Positions 40,734 to 50,080 of a DNA stretch of 64,000 nt are shown here, in pieces. Both the position numbers and the translations under genes were made by a program. Position 1 is the stretch's first letter. Each line of letters opens with the position of its first letter. The notes below the pieces were generated by a model. That model was not told the origin of the DNA and made no database searches. It worked only from the letters and a program-made list of their open reading frames with translations. The stretch lies in the NCBI GenBank assembly GCA_963796285.1, contig CAWCKW010000006.1, positions 64,001 to 128,000 on the forward strand, in the 5' to 3' direction. This DNA comes from Nitrospirota bacterium. Its GTDB lineage: Bacteria; Nitrospirota; UBA9217.

Positions 40734-42431
40734 ATGTTAAAAATACCCGGCCTGCAATCCGTTTATCGTGTCGTTCTCTACTACCTCGTGTTCGGCATCG
40801 TCTGGATCGTCCTCTCCGACGGGCTGCTCGCACTGCTCGTCCCGGACCCTCACAGGTTGAACGTTCTCCAGACCTATAAGGGCTGGGCCTTTGTTTTCGT
40901 CAGCTCACTTCTCATCTATTTCACAATTCAGCACGGGCTTCGAGCGCTGGCTCAGACCGAGGCTGACTTGCGCGAGTCAGAAGAAAAGTATCGCACCTTA
41001 ATCGAAACCGATAACGACGCTGTCTTCATCATTGACGCGGAAACAGGGATCATCCTTGATGCCAATAAAAAAGCCGACGACCTCCTCGGAATGACCCATG
41101 AGAAGATCATTGGAATGCACCAGAAGGCGATCCATCCCGAGGAAGACTCGGACCAGTGCGCCCGTATCCTGAAAGATTCGCTCACGAACGGCGGCGTTGT
41201 CGCTGGTGATATCTGCGTGTTCCATAGAAGCGGGAGAAAAATACCCGTTGAGGTCAGCGTGACCATCGTCGAGCGGGGCGGAAAACGGATCATTCAGAGC
41301 TTTTTCCGGGACATCACCAAACGGAAACATGCCGAGGACCTGGCAAAAGAACGGCTCCAGCGTCTCGCTGCCCTTCATGCCATCGACATGATCATCAGTT
41401 CGAGCCTCGATCTCAGGGTCACGCTCTCTGAGTTTCTCGACCTCGTGATCTCACAACTGCGCGTGGACGCCGCTGATGTTCTGCTCCTGAATCCCCATAC
41501 TCAGACCCTTGAATTCGCTGCGGGCCGCGGGTTCCATACGGACGGTATCCAGCGATCACGAGTCCGCCTGGGTGAAGGCATTGCGGGTCTGGCCGCCCTG
41601 GAACACCGGAGCATCAGTATCCCGAACCTCCTTGACCCCGCAAACGGTTTCCTTCGCACGCCTCTGCTCGAGACCGAAAGCTTTATCGCCTATGCCGTGG
41701 TGCCTCTCATGGCAAAAGGCCATATAACTGCTGTGCTTGAGGTCTATCACCGTGCACCCCTGGTCCTGGACACGGAATGGCTGAACTTCCTCGAAGCCCT
41801 CGCTTCCCAGGCCGCCATTGCCATAGACAACGCCACGCTCTTCAATGAGCTCCAGCGGTCAACGATCGAGATCACGGTGGCGTACGATGCCACCCTCGAA
41901 GGCTGGGCCCGCGCCCTCGATCTCCGCAACCAGGCAACCGAGCAACACACCCAGCGGGTGACGGAAATGACGATGCGCCTCGCGCGAACCATGGGGGTCG
42001 GCGAAAAAGAGCTGGTGCACATTCGTCGCGGCGCACTCTTGCACGACGTCGGAAAGCTCGGCATTCCCGACAGTATCCTGCTCAAACCCGGTCCTCTTAC
42101 GGATAACGAGTGGGCCTTGATGCGCAAGCACCCCGAGTACGCCTTCGACATGCTCCAGCCCATAGCGTATCTCCGGCCTGCGCTGGACATCCCGTATGCG
42201 CACCATGAAAAATGGGACGGCAGCGGTTATCCCCGCTCATTAAAGGGAGAGCAGATCCCCCTCGCGGCCAGGATCTTCACAGTCGCGGACGTGTGGGACG
42301 CCATGACCGATGAGAAGCGGCCGTATAGAAGAGCCCTGTCAAAAGATAAAGTTCGAGAATATATTCGCTCCCTAGCAGGGACCCAGCTTGATCCAACAGT
42401 CGTAGATGCGTTTTTGAAGATGGCGTGGTAA
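40734..42431 (+). CDS. Membrane-anchored PAS-GAF HD-GYP cyclic-di-GMP phosphodiesterase
   Basis: Two TM helices, PAS, GAF, LHDVGK, HHEKWDGSGYP, ARIFTVADVWDA. Confidence 0.9.
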   Translation: MLKIPGLQSVYRVVLYYLVFGIVWIVLSDGLLALLVPDPHRLNVLQTYKGWAFVFVSSLLIYFTIQHGLRALAQTEADLRESEEKYRTLIETDNDAVFIIDAETGIILDANKKADDLLGMTHEKIIGMHQKAIHPEEDSDQCARILKDSLTNGGVVAGDICVFHRSGRKIPVEVSVTIVERGGKRIIQSFFRDITKRKHAEDLAKERLQRLAALHAIDMIISSSLDLRVTLSEFLDLVISQLRVDAADVLLLNPHTQTLEFAAGRGFHTDGIQRSRVRLGEGIAGLAALEHRSISIPNLLDPANGFLRTPLLETESFIAYAVVPLMAKGHITAVLEVYHRAPLVLDTEWLNFLEALASQAAIAIDNATLFNELQRSTIEITVAYDATLEGWARALDLRNQATEQHTQRVTEMTMRLARTMGVGEKELVHIRRGALLHDVGKLGIPDSILLKPGPLTDNEWALMRKHPEYAFDMLQPIAYLRPALDIPYAHHEKWDGSGYPRSLKGEQIPLAARIFTVADVWDAMTDEKRPYRRALSKDKVREYIRSLAGTQLDPTVVDAFLKMAW

Positions 42432-42450
42432 GTCCAATGAAAGAACGGGC

Positions 42451-42704
42451 ATGCCAGGGGTTGATGCTCTTGATAAGAACATGTCGCAATACGAAGCGTG
42501 GTTTGGTGATCATCCCTTCGCATACCTTTCGGCACTCCCTGCCGTGCAGGAACTGCTTCCGATGCACGGGAGCGGGATCGAGACCGGTATAGGAACCGGC
42601 CGGTTTGCATTGCCGCTCGTGATCAAGCAGGGGATCGAACCGTCGCGATCCATGGCGGAGATTATGGTGAAGGTTCTTTTGTGGTGATCAAGGCGGACAA
42701 ATAA
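42451..42704 (+). pseudogene. Class I SAM methyltransferase remnant (internal deletion)
   Basis: YEAWF...ETGIGTGRFA...GIEPSRSM joined directly to a C-terminal YGEGSFVVIKADK* in another frame. Confidence 0.65.
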
Positions 42705-42868
42705 TCCCGGACAACGGGGAGGCCACCCCTGACAGGAAAAACGATCGTCTCTCTCGTCAAGACATCCGACTGGGAACTCGTCATACCGCGGCTGAAAAAA
42801 AGTGCGCTCGTGACGGGCGATGAAATAAGCAAAATATCAATTACCGATTGATGAGTATTCTGCGGGAT

Positions 42869-42917
42869 AAAAAAGGCGGGTGTTCTTCCCGCTCCTGCTT
42901 GGATAGAACATCCCGCC
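42869..42917 (-). terminator. Probable terminator downstream of yidC
   Basis: A6-GGCGGGTGTTCT...AGAACATCCCGCC imperfect hairpin. Confidence 0.45.
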
Positions 42918-43059
42918 GATGAAAACGTGCGTTACAACACCTGCCTTCATGACAGCCAACCACAAAGATTTCTAGTCTATCGTCGTGTCATGCATATTCG
43001 TTAGTAAAGAATAAAATAGGTACATATGCACCCAGCTGCCGTTGTTGGATTTATCCGGT

Positions 43060-44757
43060 TCAGGATGCAACCACAGACGAACTCGATGACGCTCCGATGA
43101 GCTTCCGCACGTAGAGCTGCTGAACGATCGAGAGTGCGTTGCTCAGGGTGATGTAGAGCAAGAGGCCCGCCGGGAGCCAGGCGAACATGAAGATCATGGC
43201 AATGTTCACATACATCATGATCTTTGCCTGCTGCGGGTCGGGTGTGGTGGACGTCATCTTCATTGTCAGGATCATGCTCACACCCATCAGGACCGGCAGG
43301 ATATAGAACGGATCGTAGACCGACAGGTCTTTGATCCAGATCGGGATAAAAGGGGCCTGACGCAGTTCGATGGACACGGACAGGACATTGTAGAGCGCCA
43401 CAAAGAACGGAAGCTGCAGGAGCATCGGCAGGCATCCGCCCACCGGATTCACCTTGTGTTCCTTATAGAGCTTCATCATCTCCGTGTTCATCTTCGAGGG
43501 GTCCTTTTTATACTTCTCCCGGAGCGCCATGATCTGAGGCTGGATCTTCTTCATCTCCTCCATGGATGTCGCGCTTTTCAGCGACGGATAGAACAGGAGC
43601 AGCCGCACCACGATAGTGAGCAGGATGATCGCGATGCCGTAATTTCTCGTGAGGGCGTAGAATTGTTTCATGAGCCAGAACATGGGCTTGGCGAGGACGC
43701 CGAACCAGCCATAGTCCACCATCTGCTCCAAACCGCGTCCGAAAGCTTGCAGGAGCGTAAAACTCTTTGGCCCCGCATAGAGCGTGAACGTGCGCGCTTC
43801 GGGTTTCTCTTTTACCGTCAACGCGGAAGTGAGGAGATCGCCGATTTCTTTGGGTGCCGCGGTCAGCTTGCCCGTCACGAGTCCCGGGTTCCCGGAGATG
43901 AACGTAGCGGTAAAATATTTATCCGACTGGCCGAACCAGTCGATGACGCCGGCGTATTGCACTTCACCCTTGATACTCTCTAGTTTCTCAAACACTGATT
44001 TACCGTCTGTCTGGGCAACCAGGCCCACGCGGCCCTTTGCAGCCGTGCTGGTCTTGTCCTCGAGACCGAAATCCGTTCCCAGGGATAACGTATAGCCGTC
44101 CAGTTTGCTCGTATTGACCTCGATGTCGACCTTGTACGCGTCGTTGTGAAAGGTCAACCGTTTTTCGATCGAGATGCCCGCGGGGCCGCTGTACGTAAGT
44201 ACCAGCGTTTCCGACGGCCTGTCCTTGCCGAGGTGTATTGCGTCGACGTTTGCCCGATACTCCACCCGGGAAAGATTGTACAGGTCCTTATCAAGGGGTG
44301 CCAGGGTCAGGGGCATCACCATGTCCCTGCGGTCCATCCCCTCGTAAACAGGCAGGAGCTGCACATTGCCAAACACCTTCTTCGGCTTCTCTTCCTTCGG
44401 CGCCTGTCCCATGAGCTTCTTGATCATGACGCCAACTCCGACCGGGGTCTTGTCCGACTCCCGATAGTGCTTGAGCTCCCAACCCGTGAGCACTCCTCCG
44501 GCCGTGTTCACCGTGGCCCGCACCAGATCGGTCTCGATAATGATGTCATGTCCCACGGCTGCCGGCTCGATCCTCGCAGCCACAACCGAGGCGCGAACCG
44601 GTTTCTGCGTCTGCATTGGCGTTTCCTGCGATACTTCCTGTTTCGATGTTTCGGGAATGATCGGTTTTTCCGGCGGCTTCGGCGCAAAGAAGCGCATATA
44701 GCCCACGAACACGAGCAAAGAAAGGGAAAGTGCTAATATGAATCTTCGTGTTTCCAT
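43060..44757 (-). CDS. yidC: Membrane protein insertase YidC
   Basis: YAGPK, VDYGWF, NYGIAII, GGCLPMLLQLP, DPFYILP. Confidence 0.96.
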   Translation of the reverse strand: METRRFILALSLSLLVFVGYMRFFAPKPPEKPIIPETSKQEVSQETPMQTQKPVRASVVAARIEPAAVGHDIIIETDLVRATVNTAGGVLTGWELKHYRESDKTPVGVGVMIKKLMGQAPKEEKPKKVFGNVQLLPVYEGMDRRDMVMPLTLAPLDKDLYNLSRVEYRANVDAIHLGKDRPSETLVLTYSGPAGISIEKRLTFHNDAYKVDIEVNTSKLDGYTLSLGTDFGLEDKTSTAAKGRVGLVAQTDGKSVFEKLESIKGEVQYAGVIDWFGQSDKYFTATFISGNPGLVTGKLTAAPKEIGDLLTSALTVKEKPEARTFTLYAGPKSFTLLQAFGRGLEQMVDYGWFGVLAKPMFWLMKQFYALTRNYGIAIILLTIVVRLLLFYPSLKSATSMEEMKKIQPQIMALREKYKKDPSKMNTEMMKLYKEHKVNPVGGCLPMLLQLPFFVALYNVLSVSIELRQAPFIPIWIKDLSVYDPFYILPVLMGVSMILTMKMTSTTPDPQQAKIMMYVNIAMIFMFAWLPAGLLLYITLSNALSIVQQLYVRKLIGASSSSSVVAS

Positions 44758-44770
44758 GGATCCTCCGAAC

Positions 44771-44986
44771 TTATTTTACGGGGTCGTATCCGCCTGGATG
44801 AAAGGGATGGCATTTTAAAACACGCACGACCGTCATCCAGATGGCTTTGAACATGCCCTTTTTCTGAAAGGCCTCGACAGCATATTCTGAGCACGTCGGT
44901 GTGAACCTGCAGGCTGGCGGCAACATCGGCGAGATAGTGCGTTTGTACAGTCTCAGGAGAGCAATAATAAAAGTATTCACATTCAC
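44771..44986 (-). CDS. yidD: Membrane protein insertion efficiency factor
   Basis: [22 protein letters not shown]. Confidence 0.95.
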   Translation of the reverse strand: MNVNTFIIALLRLYKRTISPMLPPACRFTPTCSEYAVEAFQKKGMFKAIWMTVVRVLKCHPFHPGGYDPVK

Positions 44987-45351
44987 GTCGCTTTGTTTTC
45001 CTGCGTGCGGTTGCGCAGCGCGGTCCGCTGGAGAATGGTTTCAACGGCCTTCATGATCTTTTCATACTCTGCAGTGATCAGTTCCCGCCGCGCCACGAAC
45101 ACCAGGTCAAATCCGATCGTCTGGTCCCGCAGTGTCTTCATAATGCAGTCCCGTATCTGCCGTCTGACCCGGTTTCTCGTTACTGCGTTCGCCAGTTTTT
45201 TACTAACGGCTATACCGATCCTGAAGTTACCCTTATCGTTCTTGATATAAAAAAGAGAAAGACCGTCAACCGACAGTCTTTTGCCCTTCATGGTAGCTGT
45301 AAACTCTGAATTTTTTCGAATCCGCTCGCTCTTTCGATATGCGTACGGCAT
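44983..45351 (-). CDS. rnpA: Ribonuclease P protein component
   Basis: [19 protein letters not shown] (RNR motif); position between rpmH and yidD. Confidence 0.93.
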   Translation of the reverse strand: MPYAYRKSERIRKNSEFTATMKGKRLSVDGLSLFYIKNDKGNFRIGIAVSKKLANAVTRNRVRRQIRDCIMKTLRDQTIGFDLVFVARRELITAEYEKIMKAVETILQRTALRNRTQENKAT

Positions 45352-45372
45352 CGCGTCTTTCCCGGCCCGGAA

Positions 45373-45510
45373 TTATACGGAGAGACGCTTTCTTCCCTTG
45401 GCCCTGCGGCGCTTGATAACATTCCTGCCCGTAGCTGTGCTCATCCGCTTCCTGAAGCCCTGTGCCCGTTTTTGCTTAAGATTGCTTTTTTGTGCTGTTG
45501 TTTCCGACAT
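45373..45510 (-). CDS. rpmH: 50S ribosomal protein L34
   Basis: Manual translation [45 protein letters not shown]; AAGGAG RBS. Confidence 0.93.
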   Translation of the reverse strand: MSETTAQKSNLKQKRAQGFRKRMSTATGRNVIKRRRAKGRKRLSV

Positions 45511-45548
45511 CGCCTTGCTCCTTCGGTGGTATTTATGAACAGGCGGGT

Positions 45549-45576
45549 ATTATAAGCGAAAAAGTAAATATGTCAA
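45549..45576 (-). promoter_or_regulatory. Sigma70 promoter of the rpmH operon
   Basis: TTGACA-N16-TATAAT followed by a GC-rich discriminator. Confidence 0.75.
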
Positions 45577-45947
45577 GCGAAAAACCATAAGTAAACAGGG
45601 TTTTGACTTAGCACGGCTTTTTTGGTACAGTGCGGTACTCGAAAGATCGCTGTGCTGGAGCTCCTGGATGTCGTGGACCATATCATTCCAGCAAAAAACA
45701 CAACACTGGATATCTCCCACCTTCATCTGCACGGTGAAAAGCAACACGCCCGTGATCCGGGAGCCGCACAAATGCGAAGCAATCGGCTGTCCAACCTCGA
45801 CCGGATGCCGGAGGACCAACTGACGATCGCATCAAGAAAAAAGTTTGGCGCTGTTACGGAAAAAACTCAACCGATGAGGAATGTTGTATGCAGGGACAGG
45901 CTCTATGCTTGTTGTTGCCGTGTCCCCCGATCCTGTATCGACTCAAT

Positions 45948-46625
45948 ATGAAAACACCCTACACATTCCCTGTTGACGCCATTCTCCTGCTCGGCCCGAC
46001 CGGTGTTGGCAAGAGCCCGCTAGGTGATGTCATTGCGCAGAACGGTCTGTTCGGAAGAACGTGCCGGCATCTCGATTTCGGCTCGGAGTTGCGCGGTGCT
46101 ATTTCAGGAGGCCAGCGGTCTGCTGCTTACTCTACAGCGGAGCTTGACTTTATTCACGGCGTTCTTGAGCGCGGTCTCCTGCTCGAGAACGAGCACTTTC
46201 TCCTCGCAAAAAAGATCATCTCTCTGTACTTGGACCGGGTTGGGTTCGCTCAACACGAGGTACTCGTCCTGAACGGGATCCCGCGCCATGCGGGGCAGGC
46301 AATCGATATCGCGACGCTTGCTGCGATCCACACAGTGGTTATTCTTGACTGTTCTGCAGATGATGTTGTTTGCCGCATTCGGGAGAATGTCGGTGGAGAC
46401 AGGACGGACCGGGTCGATGATAACATGGAACTGGTCGATAAAAAACTATCGATATTCCGTGAAAGGACCGAGCCGCTTATCGATCACTACACACAGCGTG
46501 GATGTGCTTTGTATCGGATCAGCGTCTCGGCTGACATGACGCCATCAGAAGCCTATTGCAAGGTATCAGCGCTTGCCGCCGCTTATCCACCAGTCACTCT
46601 TGTCGCTGAACCACCACAACGATGA
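45948..46625 (+). CDS. Adenylate-kinase-like nucleoside monophosphate kinase
   Basis: LLGPTGVGKS, HLDFGSELR, LNGIPRHAGQA, RTDRVDD. Confidence 0.75.
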   Translation: MKTPYTFPVDAILLLGPTGVGKSPLGDVIAQNGLFGRTCRHLDFGSELRGAISGGQRSAAYSTAELDFIHGVLERGLLLENEHFLLAKKIISLYLDRVGFAQHEVLVLNGIPRHAGQAIDIATLAAIHTVVILDCSADDVVCRIRENVGGDRTDRVDDNMELVDKKLSIFRERTEPLIDHYTQRGCALYRISVSADMTPSEAYCKVSALAAAYPPVTLVAEPPQR

Positions 46626-47153
46626 GTCGGTTTCCAGGATCGTCTTCGCGAGTTCCCTTGCTGAGTCCGTTTGCAGTCGTTTGAGCGAGAACTCAAGCCA
46701 CTCGTCTGCATACTTGTTTCCGAGGTCTTTGTATTCCTTGAGCGCGAGGATCATCTCCAGCTGGTCTGCATCGCGTGCCAATCGCGCCTCATCGGTCTTT
46801 CCTTCGATGAACTCCTGGATCAACTCCCTTATCTCGCTGCCGAACGGCAATGTCTGCGCCAGATCTTCGACTGCCTTGTTCTCATTTGCCTCGACATACT
46901 TTTTATTCACATAGTTGAGGTCGCCTGTCCGCGCTTCCGGCAGATCGTGGAACAGGCACATCTTGATCATCCGGTCTACATTAACCCCCGTGGCAAGTTT
47001 CCCGAGCGCGTAGCCGATGTAGGTCGTGCGAAATATGTGCTCAGCCACTGACTCAGCACCAGTGCCGAGGAATTGAAATCCGCTCCGGGGCGTGCGCTTC
47101 AGCATGCCTGCTTCGAATAGAAAATTTGCAATATTCTTCATATGGCGTTTCAT
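46566..47153 (-). CDS. HD-domain phosphohydrolase (YfbR/HDDC2-like)
   Basis: LKRTPRSG, ESVAEH, FHDLPEARTGD, DADQLE. Confidence 0.88.
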   Translation of the reverse strand: MKRHMKNIANFLFEAGMLKRTPRSGFQFLGTGAESVAEHIFRTTYIGYALGKLATGVNVDRMIKMCLFHDLPEARTGDLNYVNKKYVEANENKAVEDLAQTLPFGSEIRELIQEFIEGKTDEARLARDADQLEMILALKEYKDLGNKYADEWLEFSLKRLQTDSARELAKTILETDSSLWWFSDKSDWWISGGKR

Positions 47154-47239
47154 ATCACGAATTGAGTCATCTGTAAATAGTATCCTGCGGGATGCATGTT
47201 ACCTTTGTGCATAAAGCGCGGCCACAATTAATTCGCTGC

Positions 47240-47476
47240 TCAGATAACATTAATTTTCCGGCCTTGAAATTCAACAATTTGCCCTTTCCGCATCTTACAT
47301 CGCTTACGGAATTCCACACTTCCATTAACCTTAACAGAGCCCGCTGCGATCGCGGTTTTTGCCATACCCCCGCTATCGCACAACCCCATGACTTTCAAGA
47401 GGTCATGCAACTCGATAAACTCTTTGTGCCCCAGTTTAAACTCGTCCACTATTATCCTTAAATATTGTTCGGACAT
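47240..47476 (-). CDS. RNA-binding S4 domain protein (YbcJ/YaaA-like)
   Basis: FIELHDLLK, SGGMAK, VKVNG, RKRCK; start uncertain. Confidence 0.85.
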   Translation of the reverse strand: MSEQYLRIIVDEFKLGHKEFIELHDLLKVMGLCDSGGMAKTAIAAGSVKVNGSVEFRKRCKMRKGQIVEFQGRKINVI

Positions 47477-47787
47477 ATGACAGTCTTGATAGGCCTGCAT
47501 ACCCATTGTTCGGGTTTGCTGGAGAATTAAGAATGACATTTGTACTACTGATCAGATCGAATGCTACCATGTTCGTGGCAAGCCGGAGTGCTGCTGCGGT
47601 ACGTTCAATGGCATCGTAGGAATGGGTGATAACAAACACAATCTCATTATTTTCATGTTCTCCTCCTGAAGATCACGCGGTGGAGTTATTAACGACTGGA
47701 CATAAAGATACCACGCGAGAGGTACAATTAACAAATGATTTTTGTATTTTGTTGTGTAACGCGAGATGATGTTATTCAGATGGCTTG

Positions 47788-48011
47788 TTTATCTTAATTA
47801 CTATTAATATATATTAAATAAATTAGTAGTAGTAGTAGTAGGGCATGTGGATATGTGAGCAGAGAAGAAAAGGCGTTGAGAAATAAAACAAAGCACGACC
47901 GGATAAAGGAGGTTCAGCGATGTGCGTAGAGGGGGATAGTGGTGTTGATAACTGGATGCGAGGAACTATACACAGGTTATCAAAAATCCATACACAGGCG
48001 AATGTGGGTAG
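47788..48011. other. Replication origin oriC: AT cluster, DnaA-trios, DnaA-box array
   Basis: AT-rich stretch 47788-47823, (TAG)6 at 47824-47841, GGCA, TGTGGATAT at 47846-47854, degenerate boxes at 47921, 47931, 47943, 47966, 47977, 47988, 48003. Confidence 0.8.
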
Positions 48012-48015
48012 TTTT

Positions 48016-48369
48016 TTAACCCGGCGGCCAGGCAAACCTGCGGCCGGATAATAGATGGAGATGGATGTGGAACACGGACTGTCCTGCATCAAGGCCGTTG
48101 TTGATGACCATCCGATAACCGCCCTTATCGAGACCTTTCTTCGAAGCAATGGTTTTGGCAATAAAGAAGAGATGGCCAATGAGTTCACGATCTGTAATGG
48201 CGATGCTGTGGATGTCAGCGATATGTTTTTTTGGCACAATGAGCGTGTGAACAGGCGCCTGGGGATTGAGGTCCTCGAAGGCGACTGCGTACTCGTCCTC
48301 ATGGAGAATCGTTGCCGGGATTTTTTTCTCGATGATCTTGCAAAAAATACAGTGCGGGTCGGGACTCAT
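48016..48369 (-). CDS. hinT: Histidine triad nucleotide-binding protein
   Basis: [27 protein letters not shown]. Confidence 0.93.
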   Translation of the reverse strand: MSPDPHCIFCKIIEKKIPATILHEDEYAVAFEDLNPQAPVHTLIVPKKHIADIHSIAITDRELIGHLFFIAKTIASKKGLDKGGYRMVINNGLDAGQSVFHIHLHLLSGRRFAWPPG

Positions 48370-48710
48370 TTTGTATCTCCCGGTAGGTTCTCAGAAAAAC
48401 TTCTAAAAAAACAAGAGCGTTCTCCGGTATGGCAGGCAGGACCGGTCTGTTCGACTTTAATCAGAAGTGTGTCCTGATCACAATCGTATAGAATATCTTT
48501 AACGCGCTGGATATTGCCGGAGGTCTCGCCCTTTTGCCAGAACTTCTGTCGAGAACGGCTCCAGTACCAGGTGAAACCGGATTCGACCGTCCTCTGAAGC
48601 GAGGCAGCGTTCATATACGCGACCATCAATATCTCGTTAGTTTTCCAGTCCTGGATTACCGCGGGGATCAGGCCTTTCTCATCATATTTAAGGTTATCAG
48701 GAATCTGCAT
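48366..48710 (-). CDS. hisI: Phosphoribosyl-AMP cyclohydrolase
   Basis: [33 protein letters not shown]. Confidence 0.94.
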   Translation of the reverse strand: MQIPDNLKYDEKGLIPAVIQDWKTNEILMVAYMNAASLQRTVESGFTWYWSRSRQKFWQKGETSGNIQRVKDILYDCDQDTLLIKVEQTGPACHTGERSCFFRSFSENLPGDTK

Positions 48711-48769
48711 GATTGGAAAGGTTTTATCATAAATCAGAAAAAATGTCCAGAGGAGAGGAGCATAGACAA

Positions 48770-48803
48770 TAAGAAACCGGTCCCATGGGAGACCGGTTTC
48801 TTA
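48770..48803. terminator. Hairpin/terminator after dsrE2-like gene
   Basis: TAAGAAACCGGTC-N8-GACCGGTTTCTTA. Confidence 0.65.
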
Positions 48804-48850
48804 ACCTGAAACATGTTCAGGAGCGTCGCGCAGGTGATAAATAAATCCTG

Positions 48851-49324
48851 TTAAACGAAAAGATTGATCTGTGCGTCGATAGCTGAATCCAGCCAGGCAG
48901 CGGCGCCACCGAACTCAACCCCATCGACGATGTCCGACTGCTTCACGCCCATCACGTCCATGGTCATCTGGCAAGCGATGAGCTTTACTCCCGCCTCCTT
49001 GGCAAGATCAAGAAGCTGGCCGATAGAAGCAACACCGTGCTTATTGAAGTTGGATTTCATCATTGCAGTTGCCATGGCCTCCATGCCGGGAAGCGACCCG
49101 ATGAGTGTGGGGATAGGCACCGGCATCGGCATCGCAGGGTTTCCGATGGGCGAGATCTTGAGCTTATCGGCATTGCCCTTTTTTATGATGTCGAGCCCGA
49201 AGAACGTAAAAAATATCGTCACATCAACGTCCATGGATGCGGCCGTAGTAGCGAGGATCAGGGGCGGATAAGCCATGTCCAGTGAGCCCTTGGATGCAAT
49301 GATCGTCATTTTTTTATTTGCCAT
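48851..49324 (-). CDS. DsrE2/DsrE-F-like sulfurtransferase
   Basis: SKGSLDMAYPPLILATTA, FFTFFG, ACQMTMD. Confidence 0.85.
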   Translation of the reverse strand: MANKKMTIIASKGSLDMAYPPLILATTAASMDVDVTIFFTFFGLDIIKKGNADKLKISPIGNPAMPMPVPIPTLIGSLPGMEAMATAMMKSNFNKHGVASIGQLLDLAKEAGVKLIACQMTMDVMGVKQSDIVDGVEFGGAAAWLDSAIDAQINLFV

Positions 49325-49334
49325 GGTATTCTCC

Positions 49335-49577
49335 TTATGCCGTTTTTTTGATGTAGAACGTGAATGTGCCCGAACCTTCTTCGACCTTCACGATTTCATT
49401 GCCCGTTCTTTTTGCCCACGATGCCATATCATTCTTCGAACCGGCGTCGGTGGACTCTACTTTGAGGATCTGATCCTTGGAGAGCGCTTCCACTGCTTTC
49501 TTTGTTTTCAATATCGGCAACGGGCAGCTCATGCCTTTTGCATCCAAAAACTGATCAAACTTTATATCTGCTGACAT
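49335..49577 (-). CDS. tusA: TusA-family sulfur carrier
   Basis: LDAKGMSCPLP, TDAGSKND, GGAGG RBS. Confidence 0.88.
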   Translation of the reverse strand: MSADIKFDQFLDAKGMSCPLPILKTKKAVEALSKDQILKVESTDAGSKNDMASWAKRTGNEIVKVEEGSGTFTFYIKKTA

Positions 49578-49825
49578 ATCCTTCACCTCCAAAAAAATAA
49601 ACAATAATATCTACCATTGAAACACCTGTTTTATTATACAGCCGGTGGGAGCAAAGTCAAGCGTTTTTTCAATAGTACACACAAGAACTTTGCTGGGAGA
49701 TCGATGTGTTTTTTAACATACCATGCATGCGATCTAGAGTTTTGAGTATGTAGATGATTGGCGGGTATGGTTTGTAGGATTAAATGACTGGAAACGGAAA
49801 GCAGATGTCAATGGTTAAAAATACC

Positions 49826-49854
49826 TTGCCAGAAGACCTGTGTTCTGGTATAGT
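49826..49854 (+). promoter_or_regulatory. Sigma70 promoter upstream of dnaA
   Basis: TTGCCA-N17-TATAGT with extended -10 TG. Confidence 0.6.
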
Positions 49855-50013
49855 CTGCCTCGCTGGTAACCAGCGTCAGAACAGATTAGCAAGATGCATG
49901 CTAAGCCTACTCATGCAGCAATACGTAAAATCTCATAATAATAGGGCAACAAAAAGCGGACAATAAGCCTCCGCGTGATAGCGTAACCTATCGAAAATTA
50001 AACCAAAAACTCA

Positions 50014-50033
50014 TTATCCACACCTGTGGATAA
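50014..50033. promoter_or_regulatory. Inverted pair of perfect DnaA boxes
   Basis: TTATCCACA-CC-TGTGGATAA, 47 bp before the dnaA ATG. Confidence 0.9.
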
Positions 50034-50080
50034 GCATGTTTGTAACCAGAGTTGTTTTTCCAGATATTTTTGGGGTATGT

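Noticed and set aside
47824-47841. (TAG)6 as a simple microsatellite or the poly-Tyr end of ORF 47823-48302
   Set aside because: The context (AT cluster, GC spacer, DnaA box) fits DnaA-trios much better.
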